Positions 18,621 to 29,500 of a DNA stretch of 54,718 nt are shown piece after piece. This DNA comes from Candidatus Latescibacterota bacterium. Its GTDB lineage: Bacteria; Latescibacterota; UBA2968; GCA-2709665. The notes beneath the pieces are model-generated. The model did not search any database. It was not told the DNA's origin and saw only the letters and a list, made by a program, of their open reading frames with translations. The stretch's first letter is position 1; the number at the start of each line of letters is the position of its first letter. The DNA lies in contig CAXXJS010000007.1 of the NCBI GenBank assembly GCA_963662665.2, forward strand, positions 1 to 54,718. The letters run 5' to 3'. A program made the position numbers and the translations under genes.

Positions 18621-21600
18621 GTGAACATGAATACGGTCTTCACCATATTTTCGGTTGCCAGATACGAACGCAAGTTGCTGATGCGGACGATCAGATTTCG
18701 CATTCTGGGCGGTATCGGCGTACTCATCCCGGTTGTCCTGGGCGTGGGACTGGCGATTGCGGAAGCAAGAGGCGTTGAATTCGAATCCGTTAGTGGAATC
18801 GGCGCCTACATGCCCTTTTTTGTCTACAGTTTTCTGCAGACCGTCGTGATCGCGTTCATTGTCGGGGATTTCCGCGCCGCGGATGAACGCGCGGGGATCT
18901 ACGAGGTGGTTGCAGCCCGACCGCTGTCTACGGCCGAACTGGTCATGGGTAAATACCTGGGTGTTCTGGGCGCACTGATCACGCTCAGCGTGGTTGTGCT
19001 CGTGCTCAGCCTTGGTGTGCAAGCAGCCAAAATCAGCGTAACAGGCGCGCCGTTTACCGTGCGGCCCTATCTGGCGTACTTGCTGCTGTTGAACCTGCCG
19101 GGGCTCGTTTACATGTCAGCCCTTACGTTTTTTCTTGGGGCGGTGTTGCGTCGGCAGGCCGCAGTGACCGTGCTCGTTATCGCCTACGTCGTGATTGTGC
19201 TCTTGTTCCTGGGACGCAGATATGGCGGCATTTACGATTTCGGTGCATTTTTCGCACCCGTGTTCTATTCGGATATGCTGGGTCTTGGCGATATCCGACG
19301 TGTGGTGGAGATCCGGTTCTTCTACATGACGCTTGCTCTGTTTTTCTTCGGTCTGTCCATCGACCGGTACCCGCGTCTGCCGCAATCTAGATCCTGGCGC
19401 CGGTTTGGCCGATGTCTGACCGCCGCCGGCCTCGTCTCCACGCTGGCTCTGTACCTTTATATGGAAGGCCGGGATGCCTCCGACCTCGAATACAGGACGG
19501 CGCAGTTGGCATCACAGGAGAGATATGCCGGTTGGCCTACCGCCGCGGTAACCCACTACACCCTCGACGTGGATCTGGCAACAGGCCGGTCGCCCCTGGG
19601 GTGCACAGCGGTACTGAACGTCTTGAACCCACATCCCGTGCCCCTGGATACGCTGGTTTTCAGTCTCAACCCGGGATTGGAATTGCGGTCTGTGAGCGCA
19701 AGGCCGGCAGGGGACGTTGCTGTCGACTGGCGCCGCGATTACGGCACCGTGCGGGTCGCGCTCCCACTCCAGCCCGATAGTCTGGCGACGCTGGAGTTCG
19801 TGTACGACGGTTCGATTGACCTCAGCGGATTCGATCTCAGACGGCATCCCGATTCAAGGCGCTTGCAGAAGCGTCGCGCCGGCCCCGGAAGAAAGGGTGA
19901 TCTTACGGCCTGGATTCGACACAATTCCGTTTTCCTCCCGCCGCGCAGCAGGTGGTACCCCTCACCGGGAGTGGACTACGGGCATCGGGATGACAGACCC
20001 CGTTCCTTCGCCACTGCGGATCTCAACATTTCTCTTCCCGGCGGGCTGGAAGTAGTGACCCAGGGCGTGCCGGTTAACCGGAAGCCACAGGGAAGACGTG
20101 AGATTCACACATGGAAAGTGGAGCAGCCTGTACCCGTTTTCTCACTCAACGCCGGCGTCTATCGTGTCTTTCAGGCCGAAATTCACGACGTCGAGTGTGC
20201 TATATACGTACATCCGGCCCATGCAAAACAGATCACTTTTTTCGAAGACGCCACGGACGACGCCCTCGATACACTGGGCGAAATCCTGGATAGCGTTGAA
20301 CAGGAAACCAGCCTGGCCTATCCATACAAGCGTCTATCGGTGGTTGAAGTGCCATTCCAGGTGCAATGGTATTACGACGGATGGGAGGAAGCCGGAGGAT
20401 TGGTGCAGCCCGGCGTGATGATGCTGGAAGAGGATGTCCTGATGCGATTGAGGCTGGGACAGCGGCTGAAGTGGATGCAGCGGAGGCAACGGCGAAACGA
20501 CGATCCAGCGAGAATCAAGCGAGATTTGCTGGTCAGGACGATCCTTAACACGTTTCTTGCGGGCGAATCGTCTCAGAGCGGGATATACCGGAGTCCTGTT
20601 GCGCAACTCTGGTCGTTCAACAAGGGATTCGAAGGCGAACACTATTCGCTGTTAAAGCGTGCAATGCCGGTCTACATGCAGAAGCATCTCGGTACCAATC
20701 TGCAGCAGAATTTCTACTCTCGGCGGGGGCGGTTTCGGGGGCGGTTCAGGCGCAACAGGGGCGGGAGTGGCGTCTCCTGGGATACGTTGACGGCCAAGAT
20801 GGCGCAGCGGTCCTTCGCGCAACTGGACCCGAATGCAGACGCGGAACTCTACCGGGCCGTCGTCGATGCCAAGGGCGCCTCCATGTTCGGCATGATGCAG
20901 GCTGTGGTGGGAGACGACGTATTCAGAGACGTTGTCAGCGGATTCGAGGAGGCGAGTCGACACGTCGGGGTGGACTTCGCTTCGTTTGAGAGGGCGGCGG
21001 TCGGCGATTCCTCGGGAGCGGGGAACGGCCCCGACCTGAATCGCCTGGTCCGAGACTGGCTGCACGGCACCCAGGTGCCGGGATACACGCTGACACGGGC
21101 GAAAGCATATAAAGTGGACGACGGGTGGGGGATGCTGACGTATCAGGTCATTGTGAGGATCCGGAACGGTGAACCCGGGCGAGGGTTTGTTCAAATTCGA
21201 GCGATGGGCGCCGAGGACGAGGCGGTAAAGGGCGTGGAGATAGAGGGGGGGCAGGAAGTCGAGGTTGGGTTGATCCTATGGGAACGACCCTCAAGAATAA
21301 GTGTCGAGCCCTTTTTTGCACGTAACCGCCGGGTCCTGATGGCGCCGTTGCGCATTCCGGAGAAGCCGATGGATGGATCCGCCACGACGTACGTGAGGGA
21401 GGTCTCCCCGGATGAGACGGGATTGACCGAAATCATCGTGGACAACGATGACGACGGCTTCGAGATGCCGGTCCGCAGGGTGCGGCGCTATCTGCGACCG
21501 CAGTTGAAGGGGGACAACTGGCAGGAACGCCAGATGCCGTTTTCCTTCGGACGGTATGAGAACAATTTCCGGTGGAAGAAGCCTGGCGACGGCGCGCAGC

Positions 21601-22025
21601 CGGCCGTATGGACGGCCCGGTTGCCCCACAGCGGAGATTACGACGTCTACTATTATTTCATTTCTCCCAGGTTCTCGAAGCGTCTGCGTATGGCGTCGGA
21701 ATTCAATCTGGCCGTGGGCCACGGTGGCGAGGTGGATACGCTGGCAATCGACGCAGGCGAATTGAAGGCGGGTTGGAACGTCCTGGGGCGTTACCGGTAC
21801 GAGGGCGGGGAACTGGCCCGGGTCGAATTGTCCGACCGCGCAAGCGGGCGCCTCTACGCAGATGCGGTGCGCTGGAGATACGTAGACCCCGACCATCCGG
21901 AGGAGGTGTATGAAGAGGACCTCCCGACGTGGAATTTCGGCCGTGGCGGTCGTGGAGGCAACCGCGGCGGTCGCGGAGGGAGCAACCGAAGCGGCCGCGG
22001 TCAATGGCGTGGTGGAAACTGGTAA
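18621..22025 (+). CDS. ABC-2 permease fused to an M1-aminopeptidase-like domain lacking HEXXH, a C-terminal golvesin/xanthan-lyase-type beta-sandwich and an RGG tail
   Basis: About 8 hydrophobic N-terminal helices with ARPLS..ELVMGKYLG; HYTLDV, SLNPGL, WYP, YPYKRLSVVEVP, KGASMF, DWLHG; IIVDNDDDGF...GWNVLG...ADAVRW. Confidence 0.78.
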   Translation: MNMNTVFTIFSVARYERKLLMRTIRFRILGGIGVLIPVVLGVGLAIAEARGVEFESVSGIGAYMPFFVYSFLQTVVIAFIVGDFRAADERAGIYEVVAARPLSTAELVMGKYLGVLGALITLSVVVLVLSLGVQAAKISVTGAPFTVRPYLAYLLLLNLPGLVYMSALTFFLGAVLRRQAAVTVLVIAYVVIVLLFLGRRYGGIYDFGAFFAPVFYSDMLGLGDIRRVVEIRFFYMTLALFFFGLSIDRYPRLPQSRSWRRFGRCLTAAGLVSTLALYLYMEGRDASDLEYRTAQLASQERYAGWPTAAVTHYTLDVDLATGRSPLGCTAVLNVLNPHPVPLDTLVFSLNPGLELRSVSARPAGDVAVDWRRDYGTVRVALPLQPDSLATLEFVYDGSIDLSGFDLRRHPDSRRLQKRRAGPGRKGDLTAWIRHNSVFLPPRSRWYPSPGVDYGHRDDRPRSFATADLNISLPGGLEVVTQGVPVNRKPQGRREIHTWKVEQPVPVFSLNAGVYRVFQAEIHDVECAIYVHPAHAKQITFFEDATDDALDTLGEILDSVEQETSLAYPYKRLSVVEVPFQVQWYYDGWEEAGGLVQPGVMMLEEDVLMRLRLGQRLKWMQRRQRRNDDPARIKRDLLVRTILNTFLAGESSQSGIYRSPVAQLWSFNKGFEGEHYSLLKRAMPVYMQKHLGTNLQQNFYSRRGRFRGRFRRNRGGSGVSWDTLTAKMAQRSFAQLDPNADAELYRAVVDAKGASMFGMMQAVVGDDVFRDVVSGFEEASRHVGVDFASFERAAVGDSSGAGNGPDLNRLVRDWLHGTQVPGYTLTRAKAYKVDDGWGMLTYQVIVRIRNGEPGRGFVQIRAMGAEDEAVKGVEIEGGQEVEVGLILWERPSRISVEPFFARNRRVLMAPLRIPEKPMDGSATTYVREVSPDETGLTEIIVDNDDDGFEMPVRRVRRYLRPQLKGDNWQERQMPFSFGRYENNFRWKKPGDGAQPAVWTARLPHSGDYDVYYYFISPRFSKRLRMASEFNLAVGHGGEVDTLAIDAGELKAGWNVLGRYRYEGGELARVELSDRASGRLYADAVRWRYVDPDHPEEVYEEDLPTWNFGRGGRGGNRGGRGGSNRSGRGQWRGGNW

Positions 22026-22069
22026 TACATTGGGATACATGGGATTATAACTTTTATGTGAGGTGCGTT

Positions 22070-23152
22070 TTGAACAGGCGATTCCCGGACTCTTTTTTCA
22101 TTGTACTCGTAAGTATATCAACGCTGTCCGGCTGCGGCGGGCAAACTGAGCAGCGTTCCGTCGATCTGACCGTCCCCGTAACGGTTCAGGCCGTGCGAAT
22201 GGACACGATGGAAGCGACGGTGTCGGCCACGGGCACGCTCCGACCCACCAAGGAGGCCAGAATTCTAACCGAGGTCGAGGGAATTCTTCAATTTATCGCA
22301 CGGGGCGTCGGAGGACGGCCGACGGAGGGGATGCGGCTGAACCGAAACCAGGAGATCGCCCGTCTTGTAAACAAGGAGCTTGTTGTAAACGCCCGCCTGG
22401 AATCCCGTGAGCTTGCACTTGCCGCCGCGAAGCGAACCCTGCGCGATCAGGAGGTGCTCGTTGAACGCAAGCTGGGCACGGAAAAGGATCTGGAAGAAGC
22501 GCGCCACGCCTTCGCCGAGGCCGAATCAAACTATGAAAACGCTCTCGTTCAGATCGCCAAGACAACCATTCGCACACCAATCGCCGGCTTTCTGACCGGA
22601 TTGGCCGATATTACCGAAGGTACGCTTGTGGATGCCCGCACAACCATTGCAACGGTAATGGATTACAGCCGGGTGCTGGTCGATCTCAAGATACCCAATG
22701 CCTATATTGCGTCGGTATCACCGGGGCAGGTTGTACGGGTGGAGAACTATGCGTTGCCCAACCGACGGTTTCTGGGGACCATCAAGGTGGTGGATCCGGC
22801 CATTGATCCAACAACACGCACGTTCCGGGTGGTGGGAGCGGTGGAGAATTCGGGCCTGATGTTACGGCCAGGCATGTTCGTGACGGCGGAGATTGTAACG
22901 GAGTCGCATGAAGACGCGGTGGTGATTCCACGCCGGTTTGTTCTGACCCGACAGAATCGCAAGGTGGTTTTTGTGGAAGAGGAGGGAAGGGCGCAGATGC
23001 GCCATGTGGAATTGGGGCTGGAGGGAACGGAGCAGGTCGAGATTCTGGATGGGCTTGAGGCGGGCGAGCGTCTCATTACCAGCAACTACGAGACCCTGCG
23101 GGCCCGTACGCGCGTGAGGGTAACCGGCGAGGGAGTGCCGGGGCAGCGATAA
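22070..23152 (+). CDS. RND efflux periplasmic adaptor (MFP), probable lipoprotein
   Basis: TTG after GAGGTG; LSGC lipobox; ATGTL, IRTPIAG, IDPTTRTF, LRPGMF, GLEAGE. Confidence 0.92.
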   Translation: MNRRFPDSFFIVLVSISTLSGCGGQTEQRSVDLTVPVTVQAVRMDTMEATVSATGTLRPTKEARILTEVEGILQFIARGVGGRPTEGMRLNRNQEIARLVNKELVVNARLESRELALAAAKRTLRDQEVLVERKLGTEKDLEEARHAFAEAESNYENALVQIAKTTIRTPIAGFLTGLADITEGTLVDARTTIATVMDYSRVLVDLKIPNAYIASVSPGQVVRVENYALPNRRFLGTIKVVDPAIDPTTRTFRVVGAVENSGLMLRPGMFVTAEIVTESHEDAVVIPRRFVLTRQNRKVVFVEEEGRAQMRHVELGLEGTEQVEILDGLEAGERLITSNYETLRARTRVRVTGEGVPGQR

Positions 23153-23184
23153 ACACCGGTGTTCTTTCCCTGAATCGGATAACC

Positions 23185-23428
23185 GGATGTTGACAGTTTT
23201 CCGCGACGGGACACAGGTTGCGGATATCCGCCGATTCGAGGACCCGAAGCGAATTCGAGAGATCCCGTCCGCGGCGAAATTGCATTCAGCAGAAACCTTG
23301 TGAGTTTTCGTTTGGACCCTTCTTGGGCCCGGGGAATGCATGTGGGGCTTTCGGAGGGTTATTTTTAGCCCGAATCCTCGCGGCCCACATTCCCGCGGAC
23401 GTCCGGGGGTAGGACAGTTGTCAATACC
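23185..23428. mobile_element. MITE-like structured insertion between the MFP and RND genes
   Basis: Imperfect terminal inverted repeats GGATGTTGACAGTTTTCC and (reverse complement) GGTATTGACAACTGTCC; internal hairpins (CCGCGACGGGA/TCCCGTCCGCGG, ATGTGGG/CCCACAT). Confidence 0.45.
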
Positions 23429-23448
23429 TCTTGTAAAGGGCTGATACG

Positions 23449-26400
23449 ATGTCATTGCCCGAATTCTCAACAAAATACCCGGTGACGATCGCGATGGCCA
23501 CACTGGCGGTGGCACTCCTGGGTTGGATCTCACTGGAACGGCTGGACGTGGACCTTCTGCCCGATGTGCGTTCCCCCGTGATCACAGTAGACCTGCGATT
23601 TCCGGGCAAGACGCCCAGGGAGATGGAAGAGCGTTACGCACAACGGCTCGAAGGGGATATTGGTACCGTGCGTCACGTCAAACGGGTACATTCAGTATCC
23701 CGTTCCGGGCAGGCCGTGGTGATAGCGGAATTTGAATGGGATGCGGATATGGATTTCGCCCTGCTCGACGTACAGAAGAAAGTGGCGCGATACGCGGCGG
23801 ATCCAGATATCGCGAGTCTGGACGTTACGCAGGAAGACCCCCAGGCGCTGCCGGTGATTCGACTGGCCGTATCCGGAGCTGATTGGCAGGATCCGGACGA
23901 ACTGTTGGGCAGTGTGGAAACCATAATCCGGCCTAAACTTGAAGGGTTTTCCGGCGTTGCTTCAGTGGAAATCGAAGGTGGGGCTGAAAAGGAGATCCAC
24001 GTTACGCTGGATTCCTATCTCCTGCAAGCCTTCGGCGTCAACTCCGAAACGGTCGTATCGCGGATTCGGGAAGCGAATTCGGATGTCTCCGGTGGAACGT
24101 TGAAGGACGGACAACGATCCTATCTGGTCAAGGGTCTGGGACGTCTGACAGATTTGAAGGACGTGAATAACCTGGTTGTGGGCGAGCGTCGAGGCGAAAC
24201 CGGGAACGGGCAGGAGGATGCCCCCGCCGAAAGGGTGCCCGTCATGGTCAGCGACGTGGGTGCCGTAGCTCTCCAATATAAGGAGAGAGAGACAATCGTG
24301 CGCCTCGATGGTGTGGAGTGCGTCGGTCTTTCAATTTACAAAGAGGCGGGGGCGAATACTTCCTCGGTGGTCAATCGGGTTCTCGAAGAACTGGGAAACC
24401 TGGAGGCCGACCTGGCCGGCGTGCGCTTTACGGTGGTCGAGAACCAGGCGCGGTTTGTGGAACGCGCGGTAAACGAAGTGGAAGAGGCGGCCATTATCGG
24501 CGCACTGCTGGCCGTGGGTGTGCTGCTGGCGGCGCTCCGGCAGTGGACGGCAACACTGGTGATCGGTCTTGCCATTCCGATCTCCGTGCTGGCCACCTTC
24601 ACACTGATGTATTTTCAGGGGTTGACGTTGAACGTGATGACCCTGGGCGGGTTGGCGTTGGGCGCGGGCATGCTGGTCGACAACGCGATTGTCGTGATCG
24701 AAAACATCCACCGTCACCTGGAACGGGGAGAATCGGCCGTCGAAGCCTCCATTAAGGGTGCAAGCGAGGTGGGAGTCGCCATCCTGGCTTCCACACTTAC
24801 CACGGTGTCCGTGTTTCTGCCCATCGTCTACCTTCACGGTCTGGCCGGCGAACTGTTCAAGGAGCAGGCCTGGACGGTCGCGTTTTCGCTGATTTCGTCT
24901 CTCGCGGTGGCCATGACAACCGTCCCTATGTTAACCGCCCGGCTCTTTGGCCGGTATCGCCGCCGGTCCGCAAGCGTCGCCGGGTCGGTCGCGTTCAATC
25001 GCCTTCTTAGTGGATCGCTCAACCACAAGGGACGTACGTTGGCAGTGCTTTTCGCGTGTCTTCTGGCCGCCGTCTATATGGCCAGGTCCATCCACACGTC
25101 TTTTATTCCGGGTGAAGACGAGGGTGTACTTCACGTGGACGTCTCGTTGCCGGAGGGCACAAGGCTTGAGTCGACGGACAGGGTTTCGAGACGCATTGCC
25201 GCGATCACGCAGGCAGTTGCCGGAAAGGAAGCCCGGCACATCTACCTTCGCGTGGGAAACGATCCGAACCGGCTGACGGCAGTGGGAGAACCCTCCGGCC
25301 CCAACAGGGCGGAGCTGACGGTGGTGCTGGCGAAGCGAGAGGACCGGCGCAGTGTTTCCGAACTCACCGCCGCTCTGGACGCCGCCATTCGCGAGGTGCC
25401 GGAAATCAAAGTTAACTATCGACTTCAAAAGGCTGCACTGGAAGGGCTTATTCGAGGAGATTCTGCGCCGGTTCAAGTCGAGGTCAGCGGTGAGAACCTG
25501 GAATTACTCCGGGAGCTCACGGCAGACTTGAAACGGCGCATGGAAGCGTTATCAACGGTATATAACGTGCGAACCACCTTCCAGGACGGTCAGCCGGAAG
25601 TGGACGTGGTGTTGCGGCCGGACGTCACGGCGGCGTTTGGACTTACGTCACAGAACCTCGTGCGCGAACTGGAGCGCAGGCTGGCAGGCGAGGAAGCCGG
25701 AGAACTCTCCAAAGACCAGCGTGCGCGAACCATCCGGGTGGGTTTCGAGGACCTGGACATTCGTGAGTTGAAACACGCCAGAATTGACGGCCCGGACGGT
25801 GCGATGCTCACGCTGGGAGATCTCGCCGACCTGCGCGTGGTCCAGGGACCGCGGGAGATCCTGCGCGACGGTCAGCGCCGGGTGGGAAGGGTATCGGCAT
25901 ATCTGTCCGATGGCGTGGTGCTGGGCCAGGCTGCAACGCAGATCAGGCAGGCGGTGGGACAGATGGCCATTCCACACGGATACCGGGTGAACGTCACGGG
26001 TGAGGAACGCGAACGGGCCGAGTCATTTGGCGGCCTCCAATTCGCCCTCATTCTATCGGTAGTGCTCGTCTATATGGTAATGGCGTCGCTATTCGAGTCC
26101 CTGCTACATCCGTTTACGGTGATGTTTACGGTGCCGCTTGCCGGGATTGGGGTGGTATTCGCGTTCTGGAGCCTTGGAGAGGCGTTTGGCATTATGGCAT
26201 TTATAGGTGCGATCATGCTGGGCGGAATCGCCGTGAATGACGCCATCATTCTTGTGGATCGCATCAACCAGTTGCGGCGCGATACGGGCGACTTGAGACA
26301 GGCGGTACTTCGGGGGGCGCAGGATAGGCTGCGCCCGATCCTGATGACCAGCGGCACGACCATCCTGGCGTTGTTGCCCATGGCGGTGGGAGTGGGGGAG

Positions 26401-26532
26401 GGCGCCCGTTTAAGGGCGCCGATGGCTGTGGCGGTTATCGGCGGGTTGGTAACTTCCACACTGATGACTCTGGTGGTGATTCCCGTGGTTTACGAATTGA
26501 TTGAACGGCTTAGATTCCGGAGGGCGCCGTGA
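23449..26532 (+). CDS. RND permease (AcrB/MdtB-like)
   Basis: GMLVDNAIVVIENI, LASTLTT, YMVMASLFES, GIAVNDAIILVD, RLRPILMT. Confidence 0.95.
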   Translation: MSLPEFSTKYPVTIAMATLAVALLGWISLERLDVDLLPDVRSPVITVDLRFPGKTPREMEERYAQRLEGDIGTVRHVKRVHSVSRSGQAVVIAEFEWDADMDFALLDVQKKVARYAADPDIASLDVTQEDPQALPVIRLAVSGADWQDPDELLGSVETIIRPKLEGFSGVASVEIEGGAEKEIHVTLDSYLLQAFGVNSETVVSRIREANSDVSGGTLKDGQRSYLVKGLGRLTDLKDVNNLVVGERRGETGNGQEDAPAERVPVMVSDVGAVALQYKERETIVRLDGVECVGLSIYKEAGANTSSVVNRVLEELGNLEADLAGVRFTVVENQARFVERAVNEVEEAAIIGALLAVGVLLAALRQWTATLVIGLAIPISVLATFTLMYFQGLTLNVMTLGGLALGAGMLVDNAIVVIENIHRHLERGESAVEASIKGASEVGVAILASTLTTVSVFLPIVYLHGLAGELFKEQAWTVAFSLISSLAVAMTTVPMLTARLFGRYRRRSASVAGSVAFNRLLSGSLNHKGRTLAVLFACLLAAVYMARSIHTSFIPGEDEGVLHVDVSLPEGTRLESTDRVSRRIAAITQAVAGKEARHIYLRVGNDPNRLTAVGEPSGPNRAELTVVLAKREDRRSVSELTAALDAAIREVPEIKVNYRLQKAALEGLIRGDSAPVQVEVSGENLELLRELTADLKRRMEALSTVYNVRTTFQDGQPEVDVVLRPDVTAAFGLTSQNLVRELERRLAGEEAGELSKDQRARTIRVGFEDLDIRELKHARIDGPDGAMLTLGDLADLRVVQGPREILRDGQRRVGRVSAYLSDGVVLGQAATQIRQAVGQMAIPHGYRVNVTGEERERAESFGGLQFALILSVVLVYMVMASLFESLLHPFTVMFTVPLAGIGVVFAFWSLGEAFGIMAFIGAIMLGGIAVNDAIILVDRINQLRRDTGDLRQAVLRGAQDRLRPILMTSGTTILALLPMAVGVGEGARLRAPMAVAVIGGLVTSTLMTLVVIPVVYELIERLRFRRAP

Positions 26533-29500
26533 TTCTTCCCGATCTTGCCGTCAGGCGTCCGGTGACGACGTCCATGTTCTTCGCCGCGTTCGCCATATTG
26601 GGTGTCGTGTCGTGGACCCGGCTTCCGGTACAGCTTTTTCCGGAACTGATTTTCCCGGAAGTCTTCGTCACGCTCTCGCTGCAGGGGGCCTCCCCGGAAC
26701 AGGTTGAGAGGGATCTTGTGATTCCCGCCGAAGGGGCGATCGGCAAGCTGGACGGGATCCAGGAGATGGAGTCCTTCGCAATGGCCAACAGGGGTGGTAT
26801 CAGAGTAGCCTACGCTCCGGACGTGGATATGAAGTTCGCCCTGCTTCAGCTGCAAAGCAACCTGAATAGATTGCAGCCAACGCTGCCTGAACGTACGCAA
26901 ACCGATGTACGAAGATTCGACTCGACAGACCTGAGCAGCAGCATCATGGAACTCCACGTGCTTGCCGATTGGGATCTGAACCAGTTACGGGAGTTCACGG
27001 AGGAAAAGATCCGCCCCGAATTGGAGTCTGTCGACGGCGTTGTGAACGTATTGGTAATGGGTGGTCGGCGCAGCGCCGTGGAAATCGTCCTGGATCCGGT
27101 TCTGCTGGAAGCGCACGGCCTTTCAACCGGAGCGGTACGGGCGCGCCTGAACAACTACAATCGGCGACGGGAGTACCTCGGTCGCGTATACGACGGGAAT
27201 CGTGCCTGCTCCGTGAGCATTCATGGACAGTTTACGGACCTCCTGCAGATTCGGAATCTGGTGTTGAATGCGGACGGCACCCTCCGGCTGGGCGACGTTT
27301 CCCGTGTGGGATACGGACTTCAGGAGCAGGCCGACCGCCACCGGGTCAACGGGAAACCTTCGGTGGGGGTCCGGATCCAGAAAGACGACGAGGCGAACCT
27401 GATTGAGGTGGCAGCCGCGGTAGAAGCGGCCATTGCGCAGTTGAATCGCACGTTCAAGAGCGACGGCGTGGAACTGGGCGTGAGCTCATCTCAGGCGGAT
27501 CTGATGACCGGGGCGCTTTCCACGCTGAAACAGGCGGCCATAATTGGTGCCGTCCTCGGCCTGGTCGTACTCTTTCTGTTTCTTCGGAACCTTCGTTTCG
27601 TCTCGGTCCTCCTGCTCGCCATTCCGGTTTCTCTCTTGATGACCTTCAATCTTATGTACCTGGGTGGTCTGTCGGTCAACGTGCTTTCACTTTGCGGCCT
27701 GGCCCTCGCGATGGGAATGCTCGCCGACAACGGCATCGTGGTGATGGAGAGCATCTTCAAGCACTATGAGCGTGGAAAATCGCCCGCGCGGGCGGCGCGC
27801 GACGGGGCAGCCGAGGTCGGTCGTGCGGTGGTCGCGGCAACAGCAACCACGGTAACCGCTTTCCTGCCAGTGCTATTTATCGAAAGCGACGCGCAGGATC
27901 TGCTGCGGGAGCTCGCGCTGTCCATGGCGTTTCCATTAATGGCCTCTCTGCTGGTAGCGCTGACGCTTGTTCCGGCCCTTGCCGTCCGGGCACTTAATCG
28001 CGATGTCCGAAAACCGCCGGACGTCCGGGGCTTACTGGAACAGTATACACTGCTGTTGAAAACTGCATTGCGGCACCGGGCGTCTGTCGCTCTGTCCGTT
28101 GGGGGGGTCCTGGCGTTGACACTCGTCGTGGCCTTCTTCTTTCTGCTCCAGCAACAGGTGCGGAGGGAGGAGACGCGATTTACGGTTTACGTGAACCTGC
28201 CGGAAGGGGCCACGCTCGATGCCACCGACGAGGTCGCGAAACAGGTGGAAGAAACTGTGCGGGACGTGCCCGGTCTGGATCGGTTTACAACGTCGGTGCA
28301 GGAGGCCGAGGCCAGCGTCACCGTCCTGCTGAGAAAGCGTTCTGACCGGCCCGGCGACATCTCGCTTGACGAAATAAAGGAACAGCTCGACGAGAAATTG
28401 CAGAACGTGCAGGGAGGGGTGGTAGGATACGAACCCAGACCCCGTGCGGGACGAGGCGGTCGCGGGCAGGGGATAGGACAGCGTCGGAGGCGTAGTTCCG
28501 GTGGATTCGATCTGACCGGGGCCACGCCGAACGAGCAGGCCGTGGTGAGAGGCTACGATTTTACCATTCTGACGATGGTTGCCAACGACGCGGTGTACCG
28601 CCTCGAGGAACTCGAGGAGGTGGATGCCAACAGCGTGCGCGCCGACGCCGAACGGAGTTCGCCCGAGGTGCAGGTGATTCCCGATGCGGCTTCCCTGTTC
28701 GACCGGCGGCTTGGGGCACAGGAGGTCCTGGCCGCCGTGGGAGACACGCGATGGGACGGATTCCGCACCACCGTACCGTTTCTGCTGCCTGACGCAACCG
28801 AGGTACCCATTGAAGTGCGGACGATCGAAGAAGAGGACCGTGAACGTTACGGACTGGCTGAATTGAAACGGTCCCGTATTCTCAACCAGGACGGTCAGTA
28901 CGTGTCTCTGGACGAAGTCGCGCGGGTTCGAACGGACGAGGGCAGGAGCAGTCTCTTGAGGACGGACCAGGCCCGGCGGATTGTGGTTTCCTACCGGTTT
29001 CCTTCGGAAATTCTGGATTCACAACCGCGGTTGGATACTGCGAGACGGGTCGTTCGGACGACACTGCAGGACATGGTGCTGCCTGAGGGCTATTCAATTG
29101 AAATCATCGAGGCGCACGAGGAGACGATTTACTATTGGATGATTGGAATTGCCGCGGTACTCATCTATATGATTCTGGCCTCGTTGTTTGAATCTTTCGC
29201 CTCTCCGATAATCATCCTATGCACGCTGCCGCCCGCCGCCATCGGCTCGTGTTGGGCGCTGATGATGTCGGGCACGGGCCTGAGCCAGCAGGAAGGGCCC
29301 ATGGCGCTGCTGGGCTTTGTCGTCTTGTTGGGCATTGCCGTAAATAACGGGATTATCCTGATAGACGCCGTCGGCGTACTCCGGTCCCGTTTCGGCTTTC
29401 GCCGGGAACGCGCAGTCCTGACGGCGGCGAGGTCCCGTGTTCGGCCCATATTAATGACGACGGCTACAACGCTTCTGGGCGTTCTTCCGCTCGCGCTGGA

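Noticed and set aside
21929-22069. N-terminal extension of the MFP
   Set aside because: Overlaps the upstream gene; TTG 22070 has an RBS and yields a proper lipoprotein signal
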